Below are positions 62,673 to 64,000 of a DNA stretch of 64,000 bases, one piece after another. Origin of the DNA: an uncultured Clostridium sp. (GTDB lineage: Bacteria > Bacillota > Clostridia > Christensenellales > CAG-138); contig CAYMPG010000004.1 of the NCBI GenBank assembly GCA_964392455.1, forward strand, positions 7,537 to 71,536, given 5' to 3'. Position 1 is the stretch's first letter. Each line of letters starts with the position of its first letter. The position numbers and the translations under genes are program-made. Under the pieces are notes generated by a model that saw only the letters and a list, made by a program, of their open reading frames with translations, had not been told where the DNA came from and did not search any database.

Positions 62673-63206
62673 TTAGTAGTTCTCCTTGCGTACCTCAAAG
62701 AAGCTCTGGGGATGGGCGCATACGGGGCACATGGCGGGGGCAGCCTTGCCTACCACCAGATGGCCGCAGTTGCGGCATTCCCACATGGTCTCGCCGGCCT
62801 TTTCAAATACGGCCTTCATCTCCACATTGTTAAGCAGGGCAAGGTAGCGCTCCTCGTGGCTCTTTTCAATGGCAGCTACTGCACGGAATTTATATGCAAG
62901 CTCGGTAAAGCCTTCCTTCTCGGCCTCCTTGGCAAAGGTGGCGTACATATCGGTCCACTCGTAGTTTTCACCCTCGGCAGCGGCCTTAAGGTTTGCAGCG
63001 GTATCGCCAATGCCCCCAAGGTACTTGAACCAGAGCTTGGCATGCTCCTTTTCATTATCCGCAGTCTGCTGGAAGATGGCGGCTATCTGCTCATAGCCTT
63101 CCTTGCGGGCTACGCTGGCAAAGTAGGTGTACTTATTTCTGGCCTGAGATTCCCCGGCAAAGGCGGTCATGAGGTTTTGTTCGGTCTTGGTGCCCTTAAG
63201 TTCCAT
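62673..63206 (-). CDS. rbr: rubrerythrin
   Basis: 177 aa with the ferritin-like di-iron domain ([19 protein letters not shown]) and C-terminal rubredoxin-like CRNCG...CPVC. Confidence 0.95.
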   Translation of the reverse strand: MELKGTKTEQNLMTAFAGESQARNKYTYFASVARKEGYEQIAAIFQQTADNEKEHAKLWFKYLGGIGDTAANLKAAAEGENYEWTDMYATFAKEAEKEGFTELAYKFRAVAAIEKSHEERYLALLNNVEMKAVFEKAGETMWECRNCGHLVVGKAAPAMCPVCAHPQSFFEVRKENY

Positions 63207-63286
63207 TTCTATATTTCTCCTTCAAACAATTGATTTTAAGATTAAGAACAATTCTTAATCTTATTATATCCGATTTTTCCGGCCTG

Positions 63287-63769
63287 TCAATAGTTATTCC
63301 CGGAATTTTCTATTTTCAATAGTGTTTTTTTAATTTCCGCACCGTAGGCGTAGCCTCCCGTTCCTCCCTTTGCAAGCACCCTGTGGCAGGGGATTATTAT
63401 GGGCAGAGGATTTGCCCCGCATGCGCCGCCCACAGCCCTTGCGCCATTTGGACAGCCTATGGCTCTTGCAAGCTGGGAATAGGTAATGGTTTCCCCATAG
63501 GGTATATCCAAAAGCCCCTGCCATACCCTCTGCTGAAAGGCTGTGCCCTCAGGGGCGATGGGCAGGGAAAAGGCCCTGCGCTCCCCTGCAAAATACTCAT
63601 TAAGCTGCTCCGCTGCGCTGATGAGCAGGGGAGTTTTCCGGTATTCTCCCTCCATAAGTATGCCAAAGGAGAGGCCAATAAGGCGCTCTCCTTTTTCAGC
63701 TATGGTGATAGTCCCCACCGGGGTATTATTTATATGAATAAAGTATCTTTCCGTATTACGCATGGGCAA
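63287..63769 (-). CDS. ogt: methylated-DNA--protein-cysteine methyltransferase
   Basis: 160 aa with the active-site motif IPCHRV. Confidence 0.9.
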   Translation of the reverse strand: MPMRNTERYFIHINNTPVGTITIAEKGERLIGLSFGILMEGEYRKTPLLISAAEQLNEYFAGERRAFSLPIAPEGTAFQQRVWQGLLDIPYGETITYSQLARAIGCPNGARAVGGACGANPLPIIIPCHRVLAKGGTGGYAYGAEIKKTLLKIENSGNNY

Positions 63770-64000
63770 GGCCTGCCTCGTATTTGGCGATTATCCGCTT
63801 TTTCATTAGCAGATAGCAGGTGGATTGGCCCAGTAGCGTTACCGCCCAGGATACTGGGTAGCCTACCATAAGCATTGCAAATGTGGGATAAGCCGCGCAG
63901 GCAGTATACAGCCAGAGTATCCTGAATACGCATATGCCAAACATGCTGATTATCATGGGCAATGTGGAATTGCCCATGCCCCTTATCACCGCCACAAAGG
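63756..64000 (-). CDS. MATE family efflux transporter, C-terminal part (continues beyond window end)
   Basis: Hydrophobic C-terminal TM segments (RGMGNSTLPMIISMFGICVFRILW) typical of MATE. The ORF is open to the window edge. Confidence 0.7.
   Translation of the reverse strand, partial: FVAVIRGMGNSTLPMIISMFGICVFRILWLYTACAAYPTFAMLMVGYPVSWAVTLLGQSTCYLLMKKRIIAKYEAGLAHA

Overview
This is a 64-kb chromosomal segment of about 57% GC with the gene content and order of a Firmicutes/Clostridia genome; an Oscillospirales-like anaerobe is my inference only. Most of it is core housekeeping and central or fermentative metabolism. In window order: recG-yloV-asp23, an NlpC/P60 hydrolase, an ABC-F ATPase, recR-ybaB-dnaX, trpS, glyA, and a T-box-controlled hisS-aspS operon. 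Next comes a 6-tRNA operon, then a GntR-controlled ptb-buk-ATPase-2-oxoacid:ferredoxin oxidoreductase-aminotransferase module. After that are a peptide ABC transporter operon with a serine hydrolase and PepP, a citrate lyase/aconitase divergon, nagA-nagB-ROK, rubrerythrin, ogt and a partial MATE gene. There are 9 tRNAs in total. I found no rRNA, CRISPR array, transposase, integrase or recognisable defence system. I found no convincing multi-gene novel system. The items most worth a second look are: (1) a roughly 190-nt highly structured orphan RNA candidate bracketed by two near-identical terminator hairpins upstream of the nag operon; (2) three predicted wall-anchored proteins with non-canonical xPK[TS]G[DG] sorting signals, two of which share a Cys-containing C-terminal module; (3) a LysR-linked CrtI/RetSat-like flavoprotein with its own FNR-type 2Fe-2S reductase; (4) a P-loop ATPase inside the oxidoreductase operon; (5) a low-GC degraded gene remnant next to the tRNA cluster. 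All functional calls come from reading the translated ORFs and motifs by eye. No database search was run.
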